Both the position numbers and the translations under genes were made by a program. A stretch of 54,837 nt of DNA, filler included. It is 4 parts of 4 records of this genome, joined end to end, with 100 filler letters (N's around TTAATTAATTAA, not from the genome) between each part and the next. Parts side by side here need not be neighbours in the genome. Positions count along the whole stretch, not along the records: positions 9,190 to 33,069 come from SRR33789315_133; 3 more parts are not named here. The stretch is one strand, 5' to 3'. Below are positions 17,585 to 28,791 of this stretch, in pieces. Position 1 is the stretch's first letter, and each line of letters starts with the position of its first letter. The notes beneath the pieces were generated by a model that made no database searches, was not told the DNA's origin, and saw only the letters and a list, made by a program, of their open reading frames with translations.

Positions 17585-17684
17585 CCCTTTGCCAAACCGC
17601 TTGTACAGTTAATTCAGCCAAAACCCTGAGTAATCAGCAGGGCTTACTTAAACTTAACCGTCAAAATTAAAAGGATATTCCCTG

Positions 17685-18527
17685 ATGTTACGTAGCACCC
17701 ATGACCTAGAAAATTACACCATCGCTGCCAGTGATGGTGAAGTTGGCAAGATAAAAGATTTTCTGTTTGACGACTTGGCTTGGGTAATACGCTATTTTGT
17801 GGTTGAAACCGGCACCTGGCTTTCAAGCCGCGAGGTCCTCATTTCTCCCATCGCCATGCAAAAGCCAAACTGGTTAGACAAAACACTGCCTGTATCTATC
17901 ACTAAAGAACAAGTAAAAAACAGCCCCGACATAAACTCAAATAAGCCCGTCTCTCGACAACACGAAATAGAATATATGAGCTATTACAACTATTTCTATT
18001 ATTGGAACGGTGCTGGACTATGGGGAGGTGGCCTGTATCCTTTTTTGTTATACCCCGGATATGACAACTTTCCCTATGCCAAAAAAGGGACACACAGTGC
18101 CCCCCTCACTCAAAAAAGTGCCACTAACGGAGATACTCAAAAAGAAGATACAAATCTACGCAGTTGCAACGCAGTTATTGGCTATCACATTCACGCAAAG
18201 GATGGGAGTATTGGTCATGTGTCAGGCGCACTAATAGAAGAAAGTACATGGGCCTTGCGCTACCTTATCGTCAATACCAGCAATTGGTTTGGTGGGCACA
18301 AGGTGCCTATATCGCCGGAATGGATAGATGAAGTAAAGTGGCTCGACCAATCGGTATCCGTAAATCTCAATCGCCAAATAATAAAGGACGCCCCCAACTA
18401 CCTCACTAATGAACAACTTACCCACCAGCAAGAAATAGAAGTTTATCAACATTATGGGCTCAGCGGCTATTGGGAGAGAACCAATAAATCACACCTTGAG
18501 ACACCCTTAAAATCTAACAAAACATGA
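17685..18527 (+). CDS. tandem PRC-barrel domain protein
   Basis: Two repeats of I-x-A-x-DG-x-(V/I)G-x-(I/V)...W-x-(I/L)RY-x-(V/I)V-x-T-x-x-W. Confidence 0.88.
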   Translation: MLRSTHDLENYTIAASDGEVGKIKDFLFDDLAWVIRYFVVETGTWLSSREVLISPIAMQKPNWLDKTLPVSITKEQVKNSPDINSNKPVSRQHEIEYMSYYNYFYYWNGAGLWGGGLYPFLLYPGYDNFPYAKKGTHSAPLTQKSATNGDTQKEDTNLRSCNAVIGYHIHAKDGSIGHVSGALIEESTWALRYLIVNTSNWFGGHKVPISPEWIDEVKWLDQSVSVNLNRQIIKDAPNYLTNEQLTHQQEIEVYQHYGLSGYWERTNKSHLETPLKSNKT

Positions 18528-18549
18528 AAACCACAAAATGATTATTGCA

Positions 18550-18569
18550 ACGGTGTGTTGGCGCACATA
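18550..18569 (+). promoter_or_regulatory. Crp/Fnr-type site upstream of the J-domain remnant
   Basis: ACGGTGTGTTGGCGCACATA; weak -10 CAGAGT at 18589-18594 (-41.5 spacing). Confidence 0.5.
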
Positions 18570-18631
18570 CCGACAGCAAGATTGGGCTCAGAGTAAAGGT
18601 CTTTATTGTATTGAAATAATTGGAGACTAAC

Positions 18632-18889
18632 ATGCAATTTAATGATTATTGTCAGACCTTAGAAGTGGAACTAAGCGCGTCTGCCAACGAGATAAAACGG
18701 TCTTATCGCAGGCTAGCTCACAAATATCATCCTGACATTTCAACACATCTCAATTGTGATAAGGTGTTTAAAGATATTTCTGAAGCCTATGCTGGGCTCA
18801 AAAATGCCTTCAGAACATCAACATCTAAACATTGGCAACAGCCCATCAAGCTTATTAACTGTAAGGTCACAAACAGCTTACGCAAATAG
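18632..18889 (+). pseudogene. truncated DnaJ/CbpA-like gene (J-domain only)
   Basis: DYCQTLEV...IKRSYRRLAHKYHPD...FKDISEAY; stops after ~85 aa with no intact C-terminal domain. Confidence 0.7.
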
Positions 18890-19106
18890 GCGATTTACCG
18901 ACAAGGCCGCGAATTCATCCTCAACTTGGATTATCTATGCAACGTTGATTGGCAAAGCGCCAGATCCGCTTGTCCCATGCCGAAATAGTCACTTTAGCTA
19001 TCAAACCACAACCTGCTGAGGGCTTTTGCAACATAGTATTATCGCGCTTCAAACGCACTATGCTGCAGTCGAAAACTGGAGATGAATAGTTGCAGCAAAA
19101 AACAGC

Positions 19107-20383
19107 TCAATGAGATTTTTCAGTCTTAGTGCTCATGCGGATGACCTTCCCCATGGTTAAGCCCTGCACCACAATGGAAAAAATAACCACGCAATAAGTG
19201 AGTGTCAGTAGCACACTGCGCGAATGACTCTCAGGTAAAGACAAGGCCATCGCCACTGAAATACCGCCACGCAATCCCCCCCAAGTAAGAATGGTTATCG
19301 CCCCTTTTGACTGAGTCATCAGCTTGCTAAGGGGCCAATAATTCCCGCAACACATATTAAGCGAGCGCCTAACACGATCAATATCGCCAGAGCACCGGCT
19401 AACAGCCATGCACTTTCAATTGGCAAAACTAAGAGTTCTAAACCAATTAGGAAAAAAAGCACTACGTTTAGAATTTCATCAATCAATTCCCAGAAAGTGT
19501 CGACATGCTCGCGGGTTTTATCATTCATCGCAAAAACACGACCATGATTACCGAGAAACAAGCCAGCGACCACCGCCGCAATGGGCGCAGACAAATGTAA
19601 GCTGTCGGCCAATGTATACAAGCCCATGGCCAAGGCGAGAGTCATCAGTACTTCCACTTGATAATCATCGACACGTTTAAGCATCTGATAGCTTAGGTAT
19701 CCGACTGCCAATGCCAACAGCAATGCCCCTCCGACCTCTTTGAGCAGCAGTAAGCCCACCGCCCTCATGTCAACTGAAGACCACACTGTAACGTCTTGAT
19801 TTGCTGCAATATCCATAGTGGAAAGTTGCAACAAAACCAGAAATATCACCACCCCTAGCCCGTCATTAAACAGTGATTCACCGGCGATCTGTCCCTCAAG
19901 TTGCTGAGAGGCACCGACGGATTTCATGATGGCTAAAACGGCAATAGGGTCAGTTGGCGAGATCAATGCACCAAACAACAGTGCATGTACAAAAGGAATA
20001 CTTATACCCAGCCAAGTCAGTACTTGCCAAGTTACTACGCCAACAATAAAAGTCGACAGCAGTGTGCCGATAATTGCGAGCAAGGCTATAGCTATCCACT
20101 CACGACACAAATTTTCCAACTTGACGTGTATCGCCGCGGCAAATAACAAAAACGCCAACATGCCGTGCAATACCAATTGATCAAAATTGACGCGCGAAAC
20201 CAGTGCTGCAGCTTGTTCCCTTAGGCCCTCTGCATAAGCACCTGCCACAATTAACAGCAATGATGCAAACAGACCAACCAGCATAACGCCAATTGTCGTC
20301 GGCAGTTTGATATACCGATAGTTAAAATAGCTCGATACCGCAGCAAGGGTGATCAGAATACTAATCAAAGAAAATAAACTCAT
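19107..20383 (-). pseudogene. nhaP: CPA1-family Na+/H+ antiporter, frameshifted near 3' end
   Basis: SPTDPIAV and GESLFNDG in the main ORF; WGGLRGGIS in the shifted ORF. One extra G in the G4 run at 19331-19334 restores the frame. Confidence 0.85.
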
Positions 20384-20545
20384 TTAATCCGCCCTTGAGT
20401 AATTTGTTGGCTGGGTCAAAAGTGATTAAGCCTGACTTCCCGTCAAATAACTGTGCGGGTTCAATGGATACAGAAAACTAAAAAAGCGCCAAGGTAGACT
20501 TATGAAATGATATGTTGAATAGAATGCCCTTCCATACAAATCATG

Positions 20546-20565
20546 TCTGTGCGTTGCCGAACCCA
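20546..20565 (-). promoter_or_regulatory. Crp/Fnr-type site, nhaP promoter
   Basis: TCTGTGCGTTGCCGAACCCA; minus-strand -10 CATTCT (20526-20521) at -41.5 spacing. Confidence 0.6.
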
Positions 20566-20766
20566 GCAAGATTAACCGTTAGTTTTTTCACTACAGTGGA
20601 TATCCATTAACAACAAGATGAAGCGGCTTTATACACCTCATCCTTGTACTGCCCTGTGCTTAGTTGCACTCCCCCTAATTCCCTCAGTACTGCCATTTTA
20701 GAATTTAAATTGGTGTATTTAGATTAATCAGAGAGTGATATGGACCCCCATCTTAAGCGTTTAATC

Positions 20767-21510
20767 CTAAGCCACATTTGCGGGCAGAAGACGATCATAT
20801 TCATTTTGTACTACTGAGTAACATTCACAGGCTCTTGCCTCAAGTCGCGGCCGATCCAATATTGAGATCAAACCACGTGAATACTGAATCAAATTTTCGG
20901 TTAATAATGTTCGGGCTGCTTCGGTCACACTTTCCCCGCGTACACCGAGATTATTCGCAATCTGTATTTGGGTCATATACAGATGATTTGAAGATGACCG
21001 GTCAAGACTCAGCAACAACCACCGACAAAATTGCTGTTCAATACTATGGTGTCGGTTACACGCTGCCGTCTGGGAAATTTGAGTAATCTGAGCTTGGGTA
21101 TACAATAACAATAGCTGTTGTAAATCAGTGTTTTTGTCAAACTCCTGTTGTAATACCTCGGTCTTAATTCGATAGGCCTCACCTGATGTTTGGGCTACTG
21201 TATGGCAATAGGAATAATCGCCCCCCATCAATAATGAACTCCCCACCAAGCCTTCTTTGCCAATAACGGCAACCTCAGTTGAAAGTCCATCTTCTAAATC
21301 GTAGATCAGAGAAATCATAGTCGTTGTTGGAAAATACAAATATTGAGAGCAGTTCAGATAACCACATAGACACTCTCCCCGTTTCACATTTATTTTCATC
21401 AAGTGGGGTTGCAAGGTCAGAAGACACGCTTCAGGCAACGCTGCTAATAGTAAATTATCTTTGAACGATTGCTGCTTGATTGAATTTACCCGCTCTATTA
21501 GTTTGTTCAT
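20767..21510 (-). CDS. Crp/Fnr-family transcriptional regulator
   Basis: N-LL-x-ALP, YFP, G-x-EG-x-VG, ACNRHHSIEQQFCRWLL, HTH LGVRGESVT and ACECY motifs. Confidence 0.92.
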   Translation of the reverse strand: MNKLIERVNSIKQQSFKDNLLLAALPEACLLTLQPHLMKINVKRGECLCGYLNCSQYLYFPTTTMISLIYDLEDGLSTEVAVIGKEGLVGSSLLMGGDYSYCHTVAQTSGEAYRIKTEVLQQEFDKNTDLQQLLLLYTQAQITQISQTAACNRHHSIEQQFCRWLLLSLDRSSSNHLYMTQIQIANNLGVRGESVTEAARTLLTENLIQYSRGLISILDRPRLEARACECYSVVQNEYDRLLPANVA

Positions 21511-21762
21511 AGCAATCCTTTGTTCCCTAATGATGAATGTTAATAAAATTGGTATAGGCTTCTCTTGAGCTAACTAAGGTAAACCCTATTTCCTAAGACA
21601 TGTTGATTAAGAACAAGTTTTACAGTGATTTATGGGTAATGTAGAAGTGAGTAACCTGACCAAGGAACAACTAGATAAATAAATGCGAAAATGTGAGCCC
21701 GTTGCACAAAAACAGCTATCCCATCTCAAGCAAAGATGGGATATTTTACATATGTATCCGGG

Positions 21763-23817
21763 TTATTCGTTAGCAGCGAAGACCGCCAATGCACGCCGAC
21801 AGACTTCATCAACACTAAAGCCGTATTCGCGCAGCAATATTGGCGCAGGAGCCGAAGCGCCAAAATCCTCGACGCTAAGCACATCGCCCGTTGTTCCGAC
21901 ATATCGATGCCAGCCTTGGGAAACGCCCATTTCCACCGCGAGTCGGGCACTCACAGTTGGCGGCAACACCTTATCTTGCTCAGTTTGAGTCTGGGCATCG
22001 AATAACTCCCAGCTCGGCATCGAAACGCAGCGCACGGCAATCCCCTGCTCTAGCAAACGTAGAGCGGCAGCAATGATCAAGGTCACTTCTGAGCCACAGG
22101 CAATCAGCAGCAATTCTGGCTTAGCATCCGGCGCATCAAGTAAGATATAGGCGCCGCACCTTAGCCCCTCGGCTGGGGCAAAGTGACTTCGGTCTAAAGT
22201 GGGTAAATTCTGCCGACTTAGTACCAGCACGACGGGACGATCGCGAGTTTCTATGGCTACGCACCAGGCAATAGCAGTTTCATTAGCATCACAAGGGCGA
22301 ATGACGGTCAGATTAGGTATGGCGCGCAAGTTCGCCAATTGCTCTACTGGTTGATGGGTTGGGCCATCCTCACCCACAGCAATACTGTCATGGGTAAACA
22401 CATGCACTACGGGCAAGCCCATCAAGGCGGCTAAACGCATTGGAGGTCGCATATAGTCAGAAAAAACAAAAAACGTCGATCCATAAGCCTTAAAACCTCC
22501 ATGAGCAGCAAGGCCATTAACAATAGCGCCCATGGCATGCTCACGCACACCAAAGTGCAGGTTGCGTCCAAGATAATTCCAAGGGCCGCCACTCGAACCT
22601 TGTTGGTCGGTATGACTCTTTGGGGGTGGATTAAAATCCCCCATACCTGCTAGCGCAGTATGCGTCGACGGGTCAAGATCGGCCGAGCCCCCGACTAATG
22701 TTAGCAGTCGTGGGGCAATGGCATTCATCACCGCGGCCGACGCCACTCGACTAGCAATGCCTTTAGTGTCAGCTGCAAAGACCGGGATATCGACATCCCA
22801 ATCTGGTGGTAGCTCACCACTAAGTTGTAATCGCAGTTGCTGAGCTAATTCCGGATAATCCTGAGAATAGCGAGTCATGCTATCGTTCCAGTTGCTCTCG
22901 TCACCTGCACCTCGGGCTTGGGCCGCCCGACAATGTATCAAAGCCTCCTCAGGTATCAGAAAGTCGGGTTGCACTGGCCAATCTAGTTGTTCCTTAGTTT
23001 TGCGTACGTCTTCGGCCCCAAGTGGTGCGCCATGTGATTTAAAGCTGTCTTGTTCGGGGGAACCAAAACCAATATGAGTACGCACCAAAATCAACGAGGG
23101 CCGCTGTGTTTCGGCCTGTGCTGCCTGTAATGCCGCATCGATTGCCACCAAATCATTGCCATCTGTCACGGTTAGCGTATGCCAACCATAAGCAGCAAAA
23201 CGCGCGGCGCGATCTTCAGTAAAGGTAATATCGGAGCCTGCCGCCAAGGTGACGCGATTGTCGTCATAAAGACACATTAATTTACCCAGTTTAAGATGAC
23301 CTGCCAGTGACGCTGCCTCGGCAGTAAGCCCTTCCATTAAATCACCGTTACCCACAAGTGCGTAGGTGGCGTGGTCGATGACAGGCAAGCCTGGACGATT
23401 AAACCGCGCGGCCAATTGCGCCTCGGCGATAACCATGCCTACCGCGTTAGCAAACCCCTGACCAAGGGGCCCTGTCGTCGTTTCTACGCCAGGAGTATGA
23501 CCTCGTTCGGGATGACCGGGAGTTTTACTGCCCCATTGACGAAAACGTTTGAGCTCTGATATTGGCAGATCATAACCTGTCATATGCAATAAACTATAGA
23601 GTAACGCCGATCCATGGCCCGCCGATAATACAAAGCGGTCACGGTCAGGCCATAGTGGATTAGCCGGATTATGTTTTAGCCAACGAGCCCAAAGCACATA
23701 AGTCATTGGTGCAGCACCCAGAGGCAATCCAGGGTGGCCACTATTGGCTTTTTGCACCATGTCCACAGATAAAAACCTGAGGGTGTTAACACAAAGTTGG
23801 TCAGTAATATTAAACAT
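21763..23817 (-). CDS. tkt: transketolase
   Basis: [30 protein letters not shown] and GEDGPTHQP motifs. Confidence 0.97.
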   Translation of the reverse strand: MFNITDQLCVNTLRFLSVDMVQKANSGHPGLPLGAAPMTYVLWARWLKHNPANPLWPDRDRFVLSAGHGSALLYSLLHMTGYDLPISELKRFRQWGSKTPGHPERGHTPGVETTTGPLGQGFANAVGMVIAEAQLAARFNRPGLPVIDHATYALVGNGDLMEGLTAEAASLAGHLKLGKLMCLYDDNRVTLAAGSDITFTEDRAARFAAYGWHTLTVTDGNDLVAIDAALQAAQAETQRPSLILVRTHIGFGSPEQDSFKSHGAPLGAEDVRKTKEQLDWPVQPDFLIPEEALIHCRAAQARGAGDESNWNDSMTRYSQDYPELAQQLRLQLSGELPPDWDVDIPVFAADTKGIASRVASAAVMNAIAPRLLTLVGGSADLDPSTHTALAGMGDFNPPPKSHTDQQGSSGGPWNYLGRNLHFGVREHAMGAIVNGLAAHGGFKAYGSTFFVFSDYMRPPMRLAALMGLPVVHVFTHDSIAVGEDGPTHQPVEQLANLRAIPNLTVIRPCDANETAIAWCVAIETRDRPVVLVLSRQNLPTLDRSHFAPAEGLRCGAYILLDAPDAKPELLLIACGSEVTLIIAAALRLLEQGIAVRCVSMPSWELFDAQTQTEQDKVLPPTVSARLAVEMGVSQGWHRYVGTTGDVLSVEDFGASAPAPILLREYGFSVDEVCRRALAVFAANE

Positions 23818-23865
23818 AAAAACTACCTTGATAATTGAAGAGATATGACATTAGAGGCGAAAGAT

Positions 23866-25572
23866 TCAAAGTGGCGAAAGCACCCCATCGACTATTTGCT
23901 GCGCCTCTTGCAATATTGTTTGTAAATGTGACTGGCCTTTGAAACTCTCGGCGTATATTTTGTAAATATCTTCAGTACCAGAGGGGCGTGCGGCAAACCA
24001 ACCGTTAGCAGAAATCACTTTGATACCGCCAATTGGCTCGTTATTTCCTGGGGCAAATTCAAGAATTTTTTCGATTTTTTCGCCAGCAAGTTCGGTGTTG
24101 GTAACTTGCTTAGGGGATAAGTGAGTCAAACAAACTTTTTGTTTTGCGTTAGCTGAAGCGTCAACTCGCTCAGCCACCGCTTCGCCCAAGTCGTGGACTA
24201 GGTCGTTGTATAGCTGACCAGGATCGCGGCCGGTACGTGCGGTCATTTCTGCCGCCAGCAAAGCTGGGATGATGCCATCCTTGTCTGTAGTCCATACTCT
24301 ACCGTCGATGCGCGGAAAAGTAGCGCCAGCACTTTCCTCCCCAGCAAAAGCGAGAGAACCATCATATAATCCATCGACAAACCATTTAAAACCCACTGGC
24401 ACCTCATAAACTTGGCGACCCAGTCTCGACGCAACTCGGTCAATTAACTCGGTACTGACCACGGTTTTGCCAATAGCAGCAGTGTGCGACCAATGTGCAC
24501 GATGGTTAAACAGGTAATCCACCATGACCGCCAAATACTGATTAGGCGCCAGTAAACCACTGCTTCGGCAAACAATACCGTGGCGGTCGTGGTCCGGATC
24601 GCAAGCGAAGGCCACATCGAAGCGTTCGCGCAACGCTATTAGAGGTTGCATTGCGTAAGTTGATGATGGATCCATCCGAATTTTTCCATCCCAATCCACT
24701 GTCATAAAACTGAAAGTTGGGTCGACAACATTATTCACGACAGTTAAATTAAGGGAGTATTTTTCGGCTATGACTGGCCAGTAATGCACCCCTGCTCCCC
24801 CCAGTGGATCAACCCCCAAACAAATATCGGCGTTGCGAATAATATCAAAGTCTATGACATGCTTTAGGTCACTCACATAAGCATTCATAAAATCATGTAT
24901 GTGAGTATTGGCAGCTCTGCGCGCTTCAGGAAAGGGTAAATGACGCACACCCCTTAGGCCCTTTTTGAGCAGTATATTAGCCCGTTGCTCAATCCAAGCA
25001 GTTACCTTAGTATCCGCAGGACCACCGTTTGGCGGGTTATATTTAAAACCGCCAGTTTGTGGCGGATTGTGGGAGGGCGTAATAATAATGCCATCGGCCA
25101 GCCCAGCCTTGCGTCCTAGGTTGTAACTTAGAATCCTATGGGATATCACCGGGGTTGGAGCGAATTCTCCAGTTTTAGCAATCATCGTCTCAACGCCATT
25201 AGCAACTAATACCTGCAGCGCACTTTCGAAAGCCGGTTGCGACAAGGCATGAGTATCAATCCCCAAATACAAAGGACCATCGATACCTGTACTAATGCGA
25301 TAATCACAGATGGCCTGAGTAATAGCGAATACATGCCATTCATTAAAACTGCCATCAAAAGAGCAGCCGCGATGCCCTGATGTACCAAACCTTACTCGTT
25401 GAGCTGGTACCGAAAAATCGGGGCGCAAATCACTATAAGCAGCAATGAGTTTTGACACATCGATCAATAGCGATACAGGTGCAGGCTTGCCCGCCAGCGG
25501 GCTGATTTTGATCTTATTGCTGGTATCTGACACTAATGCCGAATTGAATTTAGGTGCAGGAGGAATAGTCAT
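23866..25572 (-). CDS. pgm: phosphoglucomutase (alpha-D-glucose phosphate-specific)
   Basis: FGTSGHRG, TPSHNPP, DPDHDR, GEESAG and RPSGTE motifs. Confidence 0.96.
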   Translation of the reverse strand: MTIPPAPKFNSALVSDTSNKIKISPLAGKPAPVSLLIDVSKLIAAYSDLRPDFSVPAQRVRFGTSGHRGCSFDGSFNEWHVFAITQAICDYRISTGIDGPLYLGIDTHALSQPAFESALQVLVANGVETMIAKTGEFAPTPVISHRILSYNLGRKAGLADGIIITPSHNPPQTGGFKYNPPNGGPADTKVTAWIEQRANILLKKGLRGVRHLPFPEARRAANTHIHDFMNAYVSDLKHVIDFDIIRNADICLGVDPLGGAGVHYWPVIAEKYSLNLTVVNNVVDPTFSFMTVDWDGKIRMDPSSTYAMQPLIALRERFDVAFACDPDHDRHGIVCRSSGLLAPNQYLAVMVDYLFNHRAHWSHTAAIGKTVVSTELIDRVASRLGRQVYEVPVGFKWFVDGLYDGSLAFAGEESAGATFPRIDGRVWTTDKDGIIPALLAAEMTARTGRDPGQLYNDLVHDLGEAVAERVDASANAKQKVCLTHLSPKQVTNTELAGEKIEKILEFAPGNNEPIGGIKVISANGWFAARPSGTEDIYKIYAESFKGQSHLQTILQEAQQIVDGVLSPL

Positions 25573-26680
25573 CCTGCGGCCTCAATAGCCGCAGCCAGCA
25601 CTGATTTTTTGTTTGCAATACATTGCAGCAGTTGCTGCCATGAATGTACAAAAGATTGCGCACCCTCTTTTTGCAATTGTAGCGCTAAGGTGTCGATATC
25701 AATCCCTAGCGTAGTAAAGTGCGCCAAGTCTGCCGCCTCCCCACTACTCTTATTAGTGCTCAGTGCCGCGGCCATCAATCCCTTTAGTTCACCATGCTCA
25801 GCAAAAGCCAATAAGGTCTTTTCGGGAATAGTATCGATGGTGTCGGGGGCGGCCAACGCCTCCACATACAGCGTATCGGAGGCCCTAGGATCTTTAGTAC
25901 CCGTGCTGGCCCACAATAAACGTTGGGGACGCGCACCGGCCTCAGCCAATTTACGCCATCGAGCTGATTGCAGTAATTCACAATAAGCAATGTAGGTTTG
26001 TTGCGCGATGGCGATGCCAAGCAGATTCTGCGAACCTGCAGGAACTTTATCTTTAACTGCCACATCCCAGCGGCTAATAAAAATTGAAGCAACAGAAGCA
26101 ATATCAGGATTGAGTCCCGCCTCGATACGCCTTTCAATGCCGCGCATGTAAGCCGCTGCGGCAGCAAGATACTGAGTACGCGAAAAAAGCAGAGTTACAT
26201 TCACCGGCACGCCGTTAAAAATAGATTCTTCAATCGCCAGCAGTCCTTGGGGGTACCGGGGATCTTGATAAACAGATTATCTCGCTGCGCCCGCCCATGT
26301 AAATCTGCCGCAGCTCTAATAGTGGCAGCAGTGTCATTTGCCAGTAAAGGCGATACTTCCAGCGACACCCAACCATCTACTCCCGCCGTTTTATCATAGA
26401 CGGGATGCAAAAAATCGGCAGCCAGCTGCAAATCTTCAAGGGTCAATTCAAAAAATAAAGCCTCGCCAGATTTACCATCACTGAATTTCTGCGCAATGGC
26501 ATCGTCATAACAATCAGAACTGCTGATCGCTTTTTCATAAATGCTGGGATTAGAGGTGAGCCCCGTAACAGAAAATTCTTGGATATAGCGATTCAGAGTG
26601 CCGTTGATGAGCAACGTGCGGGTAATATTATCAAGCCACAGGCTTTGACCCAATTGGTGAAGTTGTTGTGTCGCTTTCAT
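25569..26680 (-). pseudogene. tal: transaldolase, frameshifted
   Basis: WLDNITR, GLTSNP, VSLEVSP, FIKIPGT in one frame; VNVTLLFS, SIFISR, LWASTGTK in another. One extra G in the G5 run at 26249-26253 restores the frame. Confidence 0.9.
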
Positions 26681-26766
26681 GCCACTCTCCTAAATTAAAG
26701 GGATTTTTGATGCAATGTGGAACTAAACCACTCATCTTGCCATGATCAGCGCTTATGAACTTAATG

Positions 26767-26786
26767 TCGGTTCGATAGCGAACAAA
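26767..26786 (-). promoter_or_regulatory. Crp/Fnr-type site, tal-pgm-tkt promoter
   Basis: TCGGTTCGATAGCGAACAAA; minus-strand -10 GATCAT (26747-26742) at -41.5 spacing. Confidence 0.6.
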
Positions 26787-26969
26787 GTGGGATGCTGAAA
26801 TGAAAGAATTAGCAGGAACGCTAAAGCCAAGTGCCTTATGAAAAAGGCACAATAACAAAGACTCCTTTAAACAAAATTTGGAATAGGGCTATCCAACGCT
26901 TTACTTGCTTGCAAAAAGTACGTTAGTGTTTTTGTTAGTGAGCAAACGCTTGGCAACAATGAGTATTCT

Positions 26970-27965
26970 ATGCGAAAAATTGCTGTGTTAACTTCTGGTG
27001 GTGATGCACCGGGTATGAACGCCTGTATCAGATCTATTGTACTAACAGCTCAATATTTTGGTTTACAGGTATTTGGCTATAAACACGGCTATAACGGCTT
27101 ATTAACTCAAGAATATACACCCTTAAAACCTCGGGATGTTTCAAATATTATTCAGCGAGGTGGCACCATACTTCGCAGCGCTCGATGTCTTGATTTCAAA
27201 TCAGAAGAATCAGCCAAACTAGCCGCCAAAAATCTTGATGCCCTAGGCATTGAGGCTTTATTAGTCATCGGCGGTGACGGTTCATTTCGCGGCGTCAAAC
27301 ACTTAAGTGAGTATTGGCACGGTTGTGTCATTGGTCTGCCTGGTACCATAGATAATGATGTTGATGGCACTGACGTTACCATTGGCTACTATACAGCCAT
27401 CGAAACTGCCTTAGAATCTATCGACAAAGTGCGTGATACGGCAGATGCCTTTGAACGCATATTTGTCGTAGAGGTTATGGGCAGACATGCAGGATTTATT
27501 GGTTTGAATGCGTGTTTGGCTTCCGCGTCTGATCAAGTATTGGTACCCGAATTATGCGGTGATCTTAGTACTGAAATAGACAACATCGTATCGCGATTAA
27601 ATGCCACTATGCGAAAAAAAGGCAACTGTAGCTATATCATCATTGTGGCTGAAAATATTTGGCCCGGCGGAGTCACCAATCTAACGCAAATATTGAATGA
27701 AAAAACCAAGCTTGAATGTCGCCCCGTGATATTAGGGCATGTGCAACGGGGAGGTTCTCCTGTGAGTCAAGATCGAATACTAGCCACTAAACTTGGGGCT
27801 TACGCCGTTGAAGAAGCAATGGCCAACAAAACAAATATTATGGTAGGTGAGCAAAACAATAAACTTATAAGCCACCCTATCGAGAAAAGTTGGCAGCAAC
27901 AAAAACCCCTTGATGAGTATTTGGTTAAAATTCAGCAACACTTTTTTGATATTCGTAATGTTTAG
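26970..27965 (+). CDS. pfkA: ATP-dependent 6-phosphofructokinase
   Basis: TSGGDAPGMN, GGDGS, PGTIDND, EVMGR and LGHVQRGG motifs. Confidence 0.96.
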   Translation: MRKIAVLTSGGDAPGMNACIRSIVLTAQYFGLQVFGYKHGYNGLLTQEYTPLKPRDVSNIIQRGGTILRSARCLDFKSEESAKLAAKNLDALGIEALLVIGGDGSFRGVKHLSEYWHGCVIGLPGTIDNDVDGTDVTIGYYTAIETALESIDKVRDTADAFERIFVVEVMGRHAGFIGLNACLASASDQVLVPELCGDLSTEIDNIVSRLNATMRKKGNCSYIIIVAENIWPGGVTNLTQILNEKTKLECRPVILGHVQRGGSPVSQDRILATKLGAYAVEEAMANKTNIMVGEQNNKLISHPIEKSWQQQKPLDEYLVKIQQHFFDIRNV

Positions 27966-27972
27966 CCTAGGC

Positions 27973-28791
27973 CTAAAAACTGATCATCTCTTTGACTTTA
28001 TCTCGGTGACTGCGGCTGACTTTTAATTCGCTTCCGTTACTCAAAATTAAGTGATATTCACCACTGATGTGACTCACCAGCTTTTCTACATAATTAATGT
28101 TTACAATCGCAGAGCGGTGAACTCGAACAAATATTTTCGGATCAAGTTGCTGGTCTAATTCTTTCATAGTTCGACGCATGATATGAGTTTGTTCGGTTGT
28201 ATGAACACACATATAGTCCCCCGCCGCGTCAACCCACTGTATATCGTTTATTTGCACTCGCGTCACTTCAGAACCATCTTTTATCGCTAGCACATCGGGA
28301 TAAGTTTGATAATCAATCTTTTCTCCTGCGGCCAATTTACGTAGGATATCTTCGCAATCATCACCGGTGAAATTAGCCACCAAACGTGCAAGTCGATGAG
28401 TATGTTCACCATCATTTTTTAAACTTAAATAATTCACAACCTTACTTACCGCGTCTTGCAATCTATTGTGGTCTACCGGTTTAAGTATGTAATCAAGTGC
28501 ATGAATATCAAACGCATTGATTGCATATGAATCAAACGCCGTGACAAAAATAATACAAGGAAGTTTTTCATTAAATTCTTTTAATTTATGAATGACTTGG
28601 AATCCATTCAAACCAGGCATTTGAATATCTAAAAATACCAAATCCGGTTTTAATTGAGGAATCAAGGCGACAGCTTCTACTCCGTTTTTGCACTCTGCAA
28701 CAATATTTACATTGCTGAATTCTGCCAAACGCAGGGCGAGTCCTTTGCGAGCCAAAGGCTCATCATCAACAATAATGGTATTAATCTTCAC
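27973..28791 (-). CDS. LytTR-family response regulator
   Basis: IVDDEPLAR, FLDIQMP, FVTAF, DYILKP and FVRVHRS motifs. Confidence 0.95.
   Translation of the reverse strand: MKINTIIVDDEPLARKGLALRLAEFSNVNIVAECKNGVEAVALIPQLKPDLVFLDIQMPGLNGFQVIHKLKEFNEKLPCIIFVTAFDSYAINAFDIHALDYILKPVDHNRLQDAVSKVVNYLSLKNDGEHTHRLARLVANFTGDDCEDILRKLAAGEKIDYQTYPDVLAIKDGSEVTRVQINDIQWVDAAGDYMCVHTTEQTHIMRRTMKELDQQLDPKIFVRVHRSAIVNINYVEKLVSHISGEYHLILSNGSELKVSRSHRDKVKEMISF

Noticed and set aside
21690-21710. Sixth Crp-type site upstream of the Crp gene (AATGTGAGCCCGTTGCACAAA)
   Set aside because: Arm spacing is one base longer than in the five consistent sites and the core match is poor.
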